From contig JAJEEG010000007.1 in NCBI GenBank assembly GCA_022821085.1, positions 22,916 to 86,915 of the forward strand: 64,000 nucleotides of DNA, read 5' to 3'. Origin of the DNA: Candidatus Latescibacterota bacterium (GTDB taxonomy: Bacteria > JAAXHH01). Shown piece by piece: positions 41,756-50,757 of the stretch; the stretch's first letter is position 1; each line of letters begins with the position of its first letter. Made by a program: the position numbers and the translations under genes. Below the pieces are notes generated by a model. That model did no database searches, was not told where the DNA came from, and saw only the letters and a list, made by a program, of their open reading frames with translations.

Positions 41756-43360
41756 TCAGGACAGGCGCACGAAGATGTACCAGAGCCCGATGGAGATGTA
41801 GGTCGCGGTGATGGCGACCATGATGATCCGGGTGAGGGGATGGGGTTTGGTCCACGCGGGGAAGGCCCGGGGAACGAGCACGTAGTTCAGGTAGATCAGT
41901 CCGGGACAGAAGAGCCCCATGGCCAGGAAGGCGATGACGCCCCGTATGATGAGCAGGTCCCCCGGCTGCGCCAGGGGCAGCGTGATCGTCGTCAGCAGCG
42001 TGAAGACCACGACGAAACCATAGTATAGCGTGCGGAAGTGGTACCGCCGCGCCCGTTTCACGTTGGCGTAGATGAAGTCGGCCTGCATGCGGGCGAATCC
42101 GTCGGTGGACTGCAGCCAGGCATCGCACAGAAACGCCGCGGCGACGATCAGGAAGAGGACCTTGCCGATGGCGCCCCAGCTGACCTCGAAGAAGGCGGAC
42201 TGCACCACCGCGATTTCCCAGCCCTCGGGAACGATGCCCTGCGGCTTCAGCAGGGCCCACGCCAGCCAGCACATGATGATGGTCGTAACCAGGTTCAGCG
42301 CGACGCCGAGGCCCGACTCGAGCTTCAGGTACCGCATGAACTTCCCGTAGTTTATCCGGTTGGCCTCGTTGTCCTCGAAGGCGTAACCCGTGGCCGAGAT
42401 GGCCTCCGGCGCGGTCCGCAGAGGGCTGGTGATACGCCCGATATAGGCCGACATGCCCACGCCCTTGTCCCGCATCCAGTAGGAGAGGAAGAGCTGGCCG
42501 AAGCCGCCGGCGCCGGCGAAGACGATGGCGGTGAGCACGGTGGACAGGTCCGCCGGGTCCCAGTTGGCGGGCCGGTGGTAGCCGGGCGTGAGCAGGACGC
42601 CGAAGAATTCGCCCGCCACATCCAGGACCGGCCGCTGGAAGACGGCGAAGGCGATCCCCACCATGGTGATGACGACCACGGCCATGGTGAGCCGTTCCAC
42701 GATCAGGTAGACCACCCGGCCCATGAACAGGGCGACCAGGTAGATGCCGATGGTCAGATAGGCCCAGAAGAGCGACTGGCCGCGGACCGTCCATCCATAG
42801 GGGAACCCGGTGAGCTCCGCCAGGGCGCCGCCGCCCGCCGACGCGTAGGCGCCGAACCAGATGTTCTCGAGGAAGACCCCGACCCAGATGGCCGACACGT
42901 ACCACTTCCCTACGCGGCTGAAGCCGGTCAGGGCCGTCTCGCCCGTCATGATCGTGTACCGGGCGATCTCCACGTTGACCCAGAACTGCATCAGGGCGGC
43001 CGGGATGAGCAGGCCGATGAAGGCCGCGCCGTACTTGGCGGTCAGGTAGGGCCACCAGATGAGCTCGCCGCTACCCTGGGCCAGCCCGGCCCAGACGATA
43101 CCGGGACCGACGTACTTCAGCATGCCGGCGAAGGTGGGCACGGCGGCCAGCTTCAGGGGCGAAAGCTTGCCGAGGGGGCGGGTGGTTTCGGAGGCGGGTC
43201 CTGCGGGCATGAAGTGGGATCCGAGAATTGGCATTGCTATACCGACTATGGCATATAGTCCGATCAACGCCGAAGACGAACGATCAGTCAAAAAACAGGG
43301 AAAGTTGAAGGATCCGGTCGAACCGGCATAGTACACGGGGGTGCGAGATAGTTCAAGCAC
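41756..43360 (-). CDS. Nramp-family (MntH-like) membrane transporter
   Basis: 534-aa maximal ORF. GPGIVWAGLAQGSGELIWWPY is Nramp-like and about 11 TM segments are apparent. The true start may be ATG 43234 or 43210. Confidence 0.7.
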   Translation of the reverse strand: MLELSRTPVYYAGSTGSFNFPCFLTDRSSSALIGLYAIVGIAMPILGSHFMPAGPASETTRPLGKLSPLKLAAVPTFAGMLKYVGPGIVWAGLAQGSGELIWWPYLTAKYGAAFIGLLIPAALMQFWVNVEIARYTIMTGETALTGFSRVGKWYVSAIWVGVFLENIWFGAYASAGGGALAELTGFPYGWTVRGQSLFWAYLTIGIYLVALFMGRVVYLIVERLTMAVVVITMVGIAFAVFQRPVLDVAGEFFGVLLTPGYHRPANWDPADLSTVLTAIVFAGAGGFGQLFLSYWMRDKGVGMSAYIGRITSPLRTAPEAISATGYAFEDNEANRINYGKFMRYLKLESGLGVALNLVTTIIMCWLAWALLKPQGIVPEGWEIAVVQSAFFEVSWGAIGKVLFLIVAAAFLCDAWLQSTDGFARMQADFIYANVKRARRYHFRTLYYGFVVVFTLLTTITLPLAQPGDLLIIRGVIAFLAMGLFCPGLIYLNYVLVPRAFPAWTKPHPLTRIIMVAITATYISIGLWYIFVRLS

Positions 43361-43499
43361 AAAAAGGAAAACATACTTGCCTGATTCTACAGGTTTCTCA
43401 AGGCCGGTTTCGCAGCCGGCCGCCGGACGAATGTAAAGCTGTAAATCCGTTGACTACCAACCAGTGCCCTGATAGCTTCCAGTTGAAGGAGATCATAAT

Positions 43500-43715
43500 A
43501 TGAACGAAAGAAAACCACATAGCTCCAACGATGAAGTAATGGTCGAAATCTACTACAAAGACAACAGTATCAAGAACCGGTTGGCCAGACTTGAAGCGTC
43601 AGATGATCACATCAGATACCTGATCGAAAGTAACGCAACCTATTTTCGGTGGATCATCGGCATTATTCTAGCTGCCTATATTTCTATTATGATCAAACTG
43701 GTTTTTATTCCATGA
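43500..43715 (+). CDS. small XhlA-like protein (coiled-coil followed by a C-terminal TM helix)
   Basis: 71 aa: NRLARLEASDDHIRYLIESNATYFRWIIGIILAAYISIMIKLVF. An AAGGAG SD lies 8 nt upstream. It sits in an AT-richer pocket. Confidence 0.5.
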   Translation: MNERKPHSSNDEVMVEIYYKDNSIKNRLARLEASDDHIRYLIESNATYFRWIIGIILAAYISIMIKLVFIP

Positions 43716-43725
43716 GGGATGGGTT

Positions 43726-43929
43726 ATGTCGAAGAAGAAAGGAAGGATTCTTGACGTAGACGTCGGCGAGCGTCTCAAAAGTGCGTTAATGGATGTTTTA
43801 AGCGACGAAGAGATCGTCGCATTGCGTATGGAAGTTGACGTTGAAGTCAAGAGTGGATATACCGATAAAGCGTGGTACGCTTGGAAGAGCCCGGTCCGTA
43901 CCCAAAGTGTCTCCTCCGGAAGCATATAG
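43726..43929 (+). CDS. hypothetical small protein
   Basis: 67-aa ORF with a GAGGGA SD 7 nt upstream, directly after the 43500 gene. I recognised no family. Confidence 0.3.
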   Translation: MSKKKGRILDVDVGERLKSALMDVLSDEEIVALRMEVDVEVKSGYTDKAWYAWKSPVRTQSVSSGSI

Positions 43930-43976
43930 CGAAACAACTTGCTCGCAACGCGACACACCCTGAAAGAGACTATGCC

Positions 43977-44825
43977 ATGATGGACTTCCCCATCGTAGAC
44001 ACCCACGTTCATCTCTGGGACCCGAATCACCTGAGGTACAGCTGGCTGGACGATATCCCCCTGCTGAACCAGCGGTACCTGCTGGAGGAATACCGGCAGG
44101 CCTGCGGAGCGGTCCAGGTGGAGCAGATGGTCTTCGTGCAATGCGAATGCGACGCCGGCCAGCACGTGCAGGAAGCGGAATGGGTTTCCGGACTTGCCCG
44201 GCAGGACGGCCGGATCCGCGGGATCGTGGCCAACGCGCCACTCGAGAGGGGCGGGGCAATCAACGCCGACCTCGAGGCGCTTGCCCGGATTCCCCTGGTC
44301 AAGGGCATCCGGCGCCTGCTGCAACCTGAATCCGTTGATTTCTGCCTGCAGCCCGGGTTCATCGAAGGCGTTCGCCTGCTGCCGTCCCACGGGCTGTCCT
44401 TCGACATCTGCATCTTCCACCCGCAGCTGGCGAACGTGATCGAGTTCGTCCGGCAGTGTCCCGACGTCTCCTTCATCCTGGACCATATCGGAAAGCCCGA
44501 CATCAAGAACCAGGTCTTCGACCCCTGGAAAGATGAACTGAGGATCCTGGCTGAAATGCCCAACGTATGCTGCAAGGTGTCGGGTCTGGTCACCGAGGCG
44601 GACATGGAACGGTGGACGCCCGAGGACCTGAAGCCCTATATCGACCACGTGATCGATTGTTTCGGCATCGACCGGGTCATGTACGGCGGGGACTGGCCGG
44701 TCGCCTTCCAGGCCACCGAGTATCCGCGCTGGGTGGAGACCCTGTCCTGGGCGACCGGCGGACTCTCGGACGCGGAACGGCGCAAGCTGTTCCGGGACAA
44801 CGCCATCTCCTTCTACCGGCTGTAA
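43977..44825 (+). CDS. amidohydrolase-2 family (TIM-barrel metal-dependent hydrolase)
   Basis: ORF 43872..44825. MMDFPIVDTHVHLWDP... is the classic HxH start. The end reads ...DRVMYGGDWP...NAISFYRL. ATG 43977 is preferred. Confidence 0.85.
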   Translation: MMDFPIVDTHVHLWDPNHLRYSWLDDIPLLNQRYLLEEYRQACGAVQVEQMVFVQCECDAGQHVQEAEWVSGLARQDGRIRGIVANAPLERGGAINADLEALARIPLVKGIRRLLQPESVDFCLQPGFIEGVRLLPSHGLSFDICIFHPQLANVIEFVRQCPDVSFILDHIGKPDIKNQVFDPWKDELRILAEMPNVCCKVSGLVTEADMERWTPEDLKPYIDHVIDCFGIDRVMYGGDWPVAFQATEYPRWVETLSWATGGLSDAERRKLFRDNAISFYRL

Positions 44826-44877
44826 CGGCCTCTGCCCATATGCGTCAGCAGCGCAGCAGCCCCGCCCGTCACGCAAT

Positions 44878-44928
44878 GTACCTCGCTGCCCGTACGTACC
44901 TCGCTGTCCGTACGTACCTCGCTGTCCG
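44878..44928. repeat. 18-nt tandem repeat, about 2.8 copies (gtacctcgctgYccgtac), intergenic
   Basis: Direct reading: tgtacctcgctgcccgtac gtacctcgctgtccgtac gtacctcgctgtccg. Confidence 0.8.
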
Positions 44929-44934
44929 AATTCC

Positions 44935-45771
44935 ATGACCCTCGCCGACCTGCGTAAAAAACTCCTGCCCGATGGCCCGGCGCTGGATATCCACGTACAT
45001 CCCCTGAACTGTTTCGGTTCCTATGGGGTTTCCTCTCCGGTCGAGGATGCGGATAGGCTTGTCGCCACCGCCCGCCGCTCCGGCGTGACCCGGATGTGCG
45101 TGTTCTCCCTGTACGAGACCACCCCCTACGAACCCACACCCGACCAGTGCCGGCAGGCCAACGATTACGTGCTGCGGATGCGCGACGCGGAGCCGGAGGC
45201 GATCCTGCCCTTCTGCTATGTCACGCCCGCGTTTCCGGACGAAGCCGTCGCCGAAATCGAGCGTTGCGTGGGCGGCCAGGCAATGGCCGGGGTCAAGCTC
45301 TGGGTGGCACGGAAGGCGACCGATCCCGGCCTCGACCCGATCATGGAAGCGGCCGTCGCGAAGGACGTCCCGGTGCTGCAGCACGCCTGGCTGAAGACCA
45401 CCGGTAACTTGCCCGGTGAGTCCACGCCCTTCGACGTGGCCGATCTCGCCCGCCGACATCCCCGGTCGAGGATCATCATGGCCCATCTCAACGGCGTGGG
45501 CTACCGCGGCATCGAAGCGATCGCCGACTTGCCGAACGTGGTCGTGGATACATCGGGCGGCGATCCGGAAAGCGGCATGGTCGAAGCGGCCGTCAGCAGG
45601 CTTGGCGCCCACCGGGTCGTCTACGGCTCGGACGCGCCCATCCGGCACTTCGGCGTCACGATGAACAAGGTCCTGGGCGCGGACATTATGGACATCGACA
45701 AACGCGCGATCCTGTGGGACAACGCGTTGCGGATATTGAAGTTGATCGGAAAATCGGGAGATTCGCTGTGA
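44935..45771 (+). CDS. amidohydrolase family protein
   Basis: 278 aa. DIHVHPL... is the HxH-like start, followed by ...IIMAHLNG...VVYGSDAP. Confidence 0.75.
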   Translation: MTLADLRKKLLPDGPALDIHVHPLNCFGSYGVSSPVEDADRLVATARRSGVTRMCVFSLYETTPYEPTPDQCRQANDYVLRMRDAEPEAILPFCYVTPAFPDEAVAEIERCVGGQAMAGVKLWVARKATDPGLDPIMEAAVAKDVPVLQHAWLKTTGNLPGESTPFDVADLARRHPRSRIIMAHLNGVGYRGIEAIADLPNVVVDTSGGDPESGMVEAAVSRLGAHRVVYGSDAPIRHFGVTMNKVLGADIMDIDKRAILWDNALRILKLIGKSGDSL

Positions 45772-46526
45772 TCATTGACGTCAACGCCTGGACCGGACCG
45801 TGGCCAGCATTGGTCAACGTGCCGCACGACGTCGCTTCGGTACGGGCCTCACTGCGCGAATACGGTGTCGAACGCATCTTCATGGCGCCGCTTGCGGCCG
45901 CGTGGAGCGCCAACCCGCATCTCTGCAACCCGGTCGTCTATGAAGCGGCGTCCGAGTTCGAGGATATCAGCCCCGTACCGGTCATCGACCCGACGTTGCC
46001 GACCTGGCCTGAAGAGCTGGAGAAGGCGGCGAGACATCGTGCCGTCCGCATGATCAAGCTGCTGCCGGGTTATGGAGGGTATGACCTGGCCGCGGCGGAT
46101 GAACTGTTCGAAGAGGCGGTACGGGCGAACCTGGCCGCGATGGTCCAGATCCGTATTGATGACCCGCGGCGGCATCATCCACTGGCGATGGTGCCCGATG
46201 TGCCGGCCAGGGACGTGGTGGAAGCAGCGAAGCATCATCCCGACCTGAAACTGGTCATCGGCGGGGCGAGTGCGGCTGCTTTGAGAGAATGCGCGGCGCA
46301 AGTCCGCGAACTGCCCGGTCTTTATGCGGATACTTCCCAGGTAGACGGGGTGGACGGCGTGAAGATGCTGGTGGAGAAAGGCCTTGGAAACAAACTGCTC
46401 TTCGGATCCCACGCCCCGGTCTTCATGCCGGCGGCGGCCATGGCGCGGGTGCTAAACGATCTTTCGGATGATAAGGCAATGCAGGTTTTCAGCGATAATT
46501 CCAAGGGGCTGCTTGGGCTGCCTTGA
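45768..46526 (+). CDS. amidohydrolase-related protein
   Basis: ORF 45714..46526. GTG 45768 overlaps the upstream stop (GTGA). The protein reads VIIDVNAWTGPWP...LLFGSHAPVF. Confidence 0.65.
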   Translation: MIIDVNAWTGPWPALVNVPHDVASVRASLREYGVERIFMAPLAAAWSANPHLCNPVVYEAASEFEDISPVPVIDPTLPTWPEELEKAARHRAVRMIKLLPGYGGYDLAAADELFEEAVRANLAAMVQIRIDDPRRHHPLAMVPDVPARDVVEAAKHHPDLKLVIGGASAAALRECAAQVRELPGLYADTSQVDGVDGVKMLVEKGLGNKLLFGSHAPVFMPAAAMARVLNDLSDDKAMQVFSDNSKGLLGLP

Positions 46527-46738
46527 AGAAACCAGTAGATTCTCCAGATGGAAATTCCAGTACGCACGATTGGCAAACAACATCATGATGGATTGACTGC
46601 TTCAGCGTGTTGAGACCAATTGAAACGTTCTTAACTATTCCCAAATAAAGGATTTGGCACTTAATTAGGTGACATCTGATACGGTGATATTCGAATAACC
46701 TGTCGACAGACGCTTAATCCAGTCGACAATACACTACC

Positions 46739-46765
46739 TTTGACACATGCTTTCTCCCAATAATA
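46739..46765 (+). promoter_or_regulatory. possible promoter of the ATPase-PIN-ligase operon
   Basis: TTGACA lies at 46739-46744, followed by TAATAC 15 nt downstream (or ATACAT at 17 nt). A GGGAGGG SD at 46791-46797 precedes ATG 46805. Confidence 0.3.
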
Positions 46766-46804
46766 CATGTGATGAGGAAGTAACACATTTGGGAGGGTAT
46801 ACCC

Positions 46805-48208
46805 ATGTTTAACAGGCTACGAATTCAGAACTTCAAGGGCTGGAAGGACACCGGCAATATACGTATGGCTCCAATATCCCTGTTCTTCGGAGCAAACAGC
46901 TCGGGAAAGTCAAGCATCGGCCAATTTCTGATGATGTTGAAGCAAACGGTTGATTCACCAGACAGAAAGGCGGTTTTCAATCCAGGGGGCAGAAATGCTG
47001 CAGTACAGCTGGGCTCCTATCAGGAAATGGTCTATCGCCGTGACCCAAAATCCAAGATCGAATTCGAATACAGTTGGTCAATTTCGGAACAACTGAGGTT
47101 CAGAGATCCTTTGTCAGGCCAGGTGTATTCCGGTGACGGTCTTTTTTTCTGTGCCAAGGCTGGCTTGAGCGATGACGATCAACAGACCTTGCTGCTCGAC
47201 CACCTGAAATATGAACTGATGCAAGATAACCAAGCTACCGTGACAATCGGAATGGAGCGCAGATCCAACACCAAGTCTGAATATAGAGTTGAATTCACAA
47301 AACATACACTGAAACGTAAGCGGGGACGTGGTTGGTCGCCAGGCGCGCCGGTTAGATTCTATGGATTCCCTGATGAGGTCGTGGCTTACTACCAAAACGC
47401 GGAGTTTGTTCAGACCCTTAACCTGCAGCATGAGCAACTGTTCAGATCACTCTACTATCTCGGACCGCTGCGCACCAAGGCGGAACGATTGTATTCCTGG
47501 CCTGGCGTAGAACCTGAGAGCGTTGGCTATGACGGAGAGAATACCGTTGCGGCAATCCTTGCGGCACGTAACCGCAAAATCGGTCTGGGATATAGACAGA
47601 GGGTAAAACCTTTCGAGGAAGTCATAGCCCAGAAGCTCAAAGAAATGGGATTGATTGAGGAGTTCAAAGTCAATCAGATTTCCGATCAACGACAGGATTA
47701 CGAGGTTAAAGTTCGCACTAAGGGCTCAATTGACTGGGTCGATCTACCGGATGTAGGCTTTGGTATTTCTCAAGTATTGCCGGTGTTGGTGCAGTGTTTC
47801 TATGCACCGGCAGGCTCAATCATCCTTATGGAACAGCCCGAGATACATCTACATCCAAACGCGCAAACGGCGCTGGCTGACGTGATGATTGACGTCATAA
47901 ACTCTAAAGAAAATGGGAAGGACAGGAATATCCAGTTGGTAATCGAGACTCATTCGGAACATTTCCTTCGTCGCCTGCAGCGTCGCATCGCTGAGGACAC
48001 AGTTCCAAAGTCGAAAGTATCGGCCTACTTCGCCAATATCAGCAAGACGCCTGCAACCCTGGATCCGCTGCAATTCGACTCCTTTGGCAACATCCTCAAT
48101 TGGCCGGAAAACTTTTTCGGCGCCGAGATGGACGACATCACCGAACATGCCATGGCGGCAATGACGAAGCGAATGCGAGAAGCCGACAATGCAGAGGTTT
48201 CCCAATGA
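46805..48208 (+). CDS. ABC/AAA-type ATPase (AAA_21-like with DUF3696-like C-terminus)
   Basis: 467 aa. The N-terminus is MFNRLRIQNFKGWKD. Walker A is FGANSSGKSSIGQ, Walker B and after is IILMEQPEIHLHP, and the H-loop context is VIETHSEHFLRRL. The C-terminal end reads ...LNWPENFFG. Confidence 0.8.
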   Translation: MFNRLRIQNFKGWKDTGNIRMAPISLFFGANSSGKSSIGQFLMMLKQTVDSPDRKAVFNPGGRNAAVQLGSYQEMVYRRDPKSKIEFEYSWSISEQLRFRDPLSGQVYSGDGLFFCAKAGLSDDDQQTLLLDHLKYELMQDNQATVTIGMERRSNTKSEYRVEFTKHTLKRKRGRGWSPGAPVRFYGFPDEVVAYYQNAEFVQTLNLQHEQLFRSLYYLGPLRTKAERLYSWPGVEPESVGYDGENTVAAILAARNRKIGLGYRQRVKPFEEVIAQKLKEMGLIEEFKVNQISDQRQDYEVKVRTKGSIDWVDLPDVGFGISQVLPVLVQCFYAPAGSIILMEQPEIHLHPNAQTALADVMIDVINSKENGKDRNIQLVIETHSEHFLRRLQRRIAEDTVPKSKVSAYFANISKTPATLDPLQFDSFGNILNWPENFFGAEMDDITEHAMAAMTKRMREADNAEVSQ

Positions 48209-48735
48209 GCCTGCCGATGAAGTGCCTGGTAGACACCAATGTGCCAAAGACCGCCAATCTTGCAACACAGCCAGACCCACAATCCGACGTGCCTGATTCG
48301 TGTGTGGTGGCATGTATCGAAGCAATCAGGCACGTTATCGACAAGCGCAGCCTGATCATCGACGCAGGTGATGAGATCTTCGATGAATATCGCCGGCAGT
48401 TATCAATGAGGGGGCAACCCGGTGTAGGAGATCGTTTTATGAAGTGGGTTCATGACAACCGATGGAGCCTGCATGCGTCGCAAAGAGTAAGCATCACCAG
48501 GAATAACGATTCCTATGAAGAGTTTCCGGTGCACGAGGGATTGGATCAATTCGACAAGTCGGACCGGAAGTTTGTCGCAGCGTCCAATGCCCACCCCGAT
48601 AAACCGCCCATTTTGCAGGCGACCGACACCAAGTGGTGGGGATGGAAGGACGCGCTAGCGGAGGTCGGCATAGACGTCGATTTCATTTGTCGTTCGTACG
48701 TTATATCCAAGCAAACTGAGATGGCGGACACATGA
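48205..48735 (+). CDS. PIN-like nuclease domain protein (predicted)
   Basis: In-frame ATG 48205 within ORF 48100..48735 overlaps the ATPase stop (ATGA). The protein reads MSLPMKCLVDTNVP...IIDAGDEIFDEY...FDKSDRKFVAASNA...ILQATDTKWW. The acidic residues are spaced as in a PIN fold. Confidence 0.5.
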   Translation: MSLPMKCLVDTNVPKTANLATQPDPQSDVPDSCVVACIEAIRHVIDKRSLIIDAGDEIFDEYRRQLSMRGQPGVGDRFMKWVHDNRWSLHASQRVSITRNNDSYEEFPVHEGLDQFDKSDRKFVAASNAHPDKPPILQATDTKWWGWKDALAEVGIDVDFICRSYVISKQTEMADT

Positions 48736-49448
48736 AGGACGGTTTCGTCAAGTTTCCATCGACGCCTCATCTTGCGACACTGCCGGGAGCTGACCTCAGA
48801 AGCGATAAGGTGCTGACAGAAACTGAACGCGATGCATTCTTGAAGAATGAGCTTCTTGTCGAAGAAAAGGTGGACGGAGCCAATCTGGGGATTTCTTTTG
48901 ATTCAGAGGGGAATTTACGGGTCCAGAACCGGGGTGAGTATTTACGTCTTCCGGGTTCAGACTCAGGCCAGTGGAAAAAACTGGGAGATTGGTTAGTTAA
49001 TCGAATTGATACATTGTTTGAATCCCTGACCGATCGTTACATCCTTTTTGGCGAATGGTGTTATGCCCAGCACTTGATTTACTACGAACGCTTGCCCGAT
49101 TGGTTCCTTGGATATGATATTTACGATAAACTGTCCGGGCGTTTCCTTTCTTCACATCGGCGTAATCAAATTTGCGGGAAGATACGCATCACCCGTGTTC
49201 CAGTCATTGCTCGCGGGCGTTTTCTTCTTCCGGACCTCGTGAAACTCCTAACGCGATCACAACTTACCGATCACCCTGCAGAAGGTCTCTACCTTCGATA
49301 CGATCAGGACAAATGGCTTGAGCAACGGGCCAAGTTGGTTCGTCCGGAGTTTATACGATCAATCGAGAAGCATTGGTCGCGAACACCCATCAGGCCTAAC
49401 CGCTTGCTCCTCGAGATAGACAACGCGTCGGGATTGCTGGGTGTTTGA
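48732..49448 (+). CDS. ATP-dependent RNA ligase family protein (nucleotidyltransferase KxDG)
   Basis: 238 aa. ATG overlaps the upstream stop (ATGA). Motif I is EEKVDGANLGI. ILFGEWCYAQH, AEGLYLRYD and RAKLVRPEF correspond to ligase motifs III-V. Confidence 0.75.
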   Translation: MKDGFVKFPSTPHLATLPGADLRSDKVLTETERDAFLKNELLVEEKVDGANLGISFDSEGNLRVQNRGEYLRLPGSDSGQWKKLGDWLVNRIDTLFESLTDRYILFGEWCYAQHLIYYERLPDWFLGYDIYDKLSGRFLSSHRRNQICGKIRITRVPVIARGRFLLPDLVKLLTRSQLTDHPAEGLYLRYDQDKWLEQRAKLVRPEFIRSIEKHWSRTPIRPNRLLLEIDNASGLLGV

Positions 49449-49501
49449 TCCGGCGAATTGAACTCAAATGCTTCCAAGGTGCCTCCTGAGTAACACTCAC
49501 C

Positions 49502-50170
49502 TCAGTTCCCCAGTACGGTCCGGATCCATTGGCCGATCTGTTCGATTTCCTGCGGACACACCTCGTGGGCCATGGGATACGCGTGGTATTCGGGAACCAT
49601 GCCCAATCGCCTGAGGGATTCGGCGGCGTCGCGGGCCAGGGATTCATTCAGCATCGGGTCCATCGATCCGTGGCAGACCAATACGGGAAGCCCGGATTGA
49701 GCCGGATGCACGACGACGCTGTCGGCCGTGGGAAAGTAGGTGGACAGGGCGATGATGCCTCCGAGCCGGTACTGGCACGACAGCCCGGCTTCGAAACTGA
49801 CCGCGCCACCCTGGGAGAAGCCCGCCAGCAGGATCCGTTCGCTCGGTACGCCCCGATCGATCTCCCGTCGCAACAACGCCTGCACTTTGCCGGCGGAAGC
49901 GCGTAGCCCGGCCGCGTCGATACGACGGGCATCGCCCAGTTCCATGATGTCGTACCATGCGGGCATAACCATCCCCTGGTTGATCGTCACCGGGATGGAT
50001 GGCGCCGACGGAAAAACGAAGCGGACCGCGTAGACCGCCGGCAGCCCCAGTTGCGGAACAATCGGCACGAAATCGCCTCCGTCCGCCCCCAGACCATGAA
50101 GCCAGATGATGGATGCGTCGACCTCGGCCGAATTGTTGGATACACGTTCAATAACGGGGAGATCGGTCAT
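49502..50170 (-). CDS. phospholipase/carboxylesterase family alpha/beta hydrolase
   Basis: ORF 49502..50371. MTDLPV... at 50170 overlaps the higA stop. The protein has IIWLHGLGADGGDF, the nucleophile elbow GFSQGG, and CHGSMDPML...MAHEV. Confidence 0.85.
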   Translation of the reverse strand: MTDLPVIERVSNNSAEVDASIIWLHGLGADGGDFVPIVPQLGLPAVYAVRFVFPSAPSIPVTINQGMVMPAWYDIMELGDARRIDAAGLRASAGKVQALLRREIDRGVPSERILLAGFSQGGAVSFEAGLSCQYRLGGIIALSTYFPTADSVVVHPAQSGLPVLVCHGSMDPMLNESLARDAAESLRRLGMVPEYHAYPMAHEVCPQEIEQIGQWIRTVLGN

Positions 50171-50418
50171 GTGGCCTGCGCCTGTGCGACGTCGTAAGCC
50201 GCCTGCAGACGTATCCATGTCTCTGTGGTCGAGCCAAAAGCCTTTGCCAGTCGGACCGCCATGTCGCCGGAAATCCGCGAACGGCAATTCACCAGATTGG
50301 AAAGCGCCTGACGGCTGACGCCCAACACCTTCGCGCCTTCGGTCACACTGAGGTCGAGTGGTTCCAGGCATGAAACGCGCACCACCTTGCCGGGATGTGG
50401 TGGGTTCTTCATCTGCAT
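50167..50418 (-). CDS. higA: HigA-family antitoxin (XRE helix-turn-helix)
   Basis: ORF 50167..50490. MQMKNPPHPGKVVRVSCLEPLDLSVTEGAKVLGVSRQALSNLVNCRSRISGDMAVRLAKAFGSTTETWIRLQAAYD is typical of HigA. ATG 50418 is preferred. Confidence 0.8.
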   Translation of the reverse strand: MQMKNPPHPGKVVRVSCLEPLDLSVTEGAKVLGVSRQALSNLVNCRSRISGDMAVRLAKAFGSTTETWIRLQAAYDVAQAQAT

Positions 50419-50516
50419 CGTGGTCCTTCTTTCTCTTCTATCTTTCACCAAATATCGAACTGGTAGTAGACATGATTTTGCAGTTATCACAACAGGTCTG
50501 ACTTGTAAGGGTCAGG

Positions 50517-50617
50517 CTATTCTTCAAAATGATCGGAATGAGAATCTGTTCGGACTAAATACAGTTTGTCTCCTTAACATCCTTCGTAAACCGCGATGTA
50601 CGTACAGGGGTCAGCAT
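50517..50617 (-). pseudogene. RelE/YafQ-type toxin remnant (internal deletion plus frameshift)
   Basis: My own reverse-strand translation gives ATG(50617) MLTPVRTSRFTKDVKETNCI-stop, then, shifted by one frame, VRTDSHSDHFEE-stop. The N-terminal ..F.KDVK and C-terminal RTGSHSDLF-like motifs of the family are retained, but only about 100 nt remain. Confidence 0.5.
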
Positions 50618-50725
50618 TTAAATGTCGAGATCTCGGAATAAGTCCTCGGCATTTTCAAAACGCTGACCCTTGCCTTCTTCCAGCTCTTTCGTTGCCTTGA
50701 TGGTTGCAGGGCGAGGTACACGGAT
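50618..50725 (-). pseudogene. RelB/DinJ-type antitoxin C-terminal remnant
   Basis: The tail of ORF 50618..50974 reads IRVPRPATIKATKELEEGKGQRFENAEDLFRDLDI-stop. Its TAA is directly followed by the ATG of the toxin remnant. The N-terminal part is missing, and the upstream sequence belongs to the PP-loop gene. Confidence 0.4.
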
Positions 50726-50757
50726 CGCGCTAGGCGATCGTTGCTCGTCTGCCAAGC

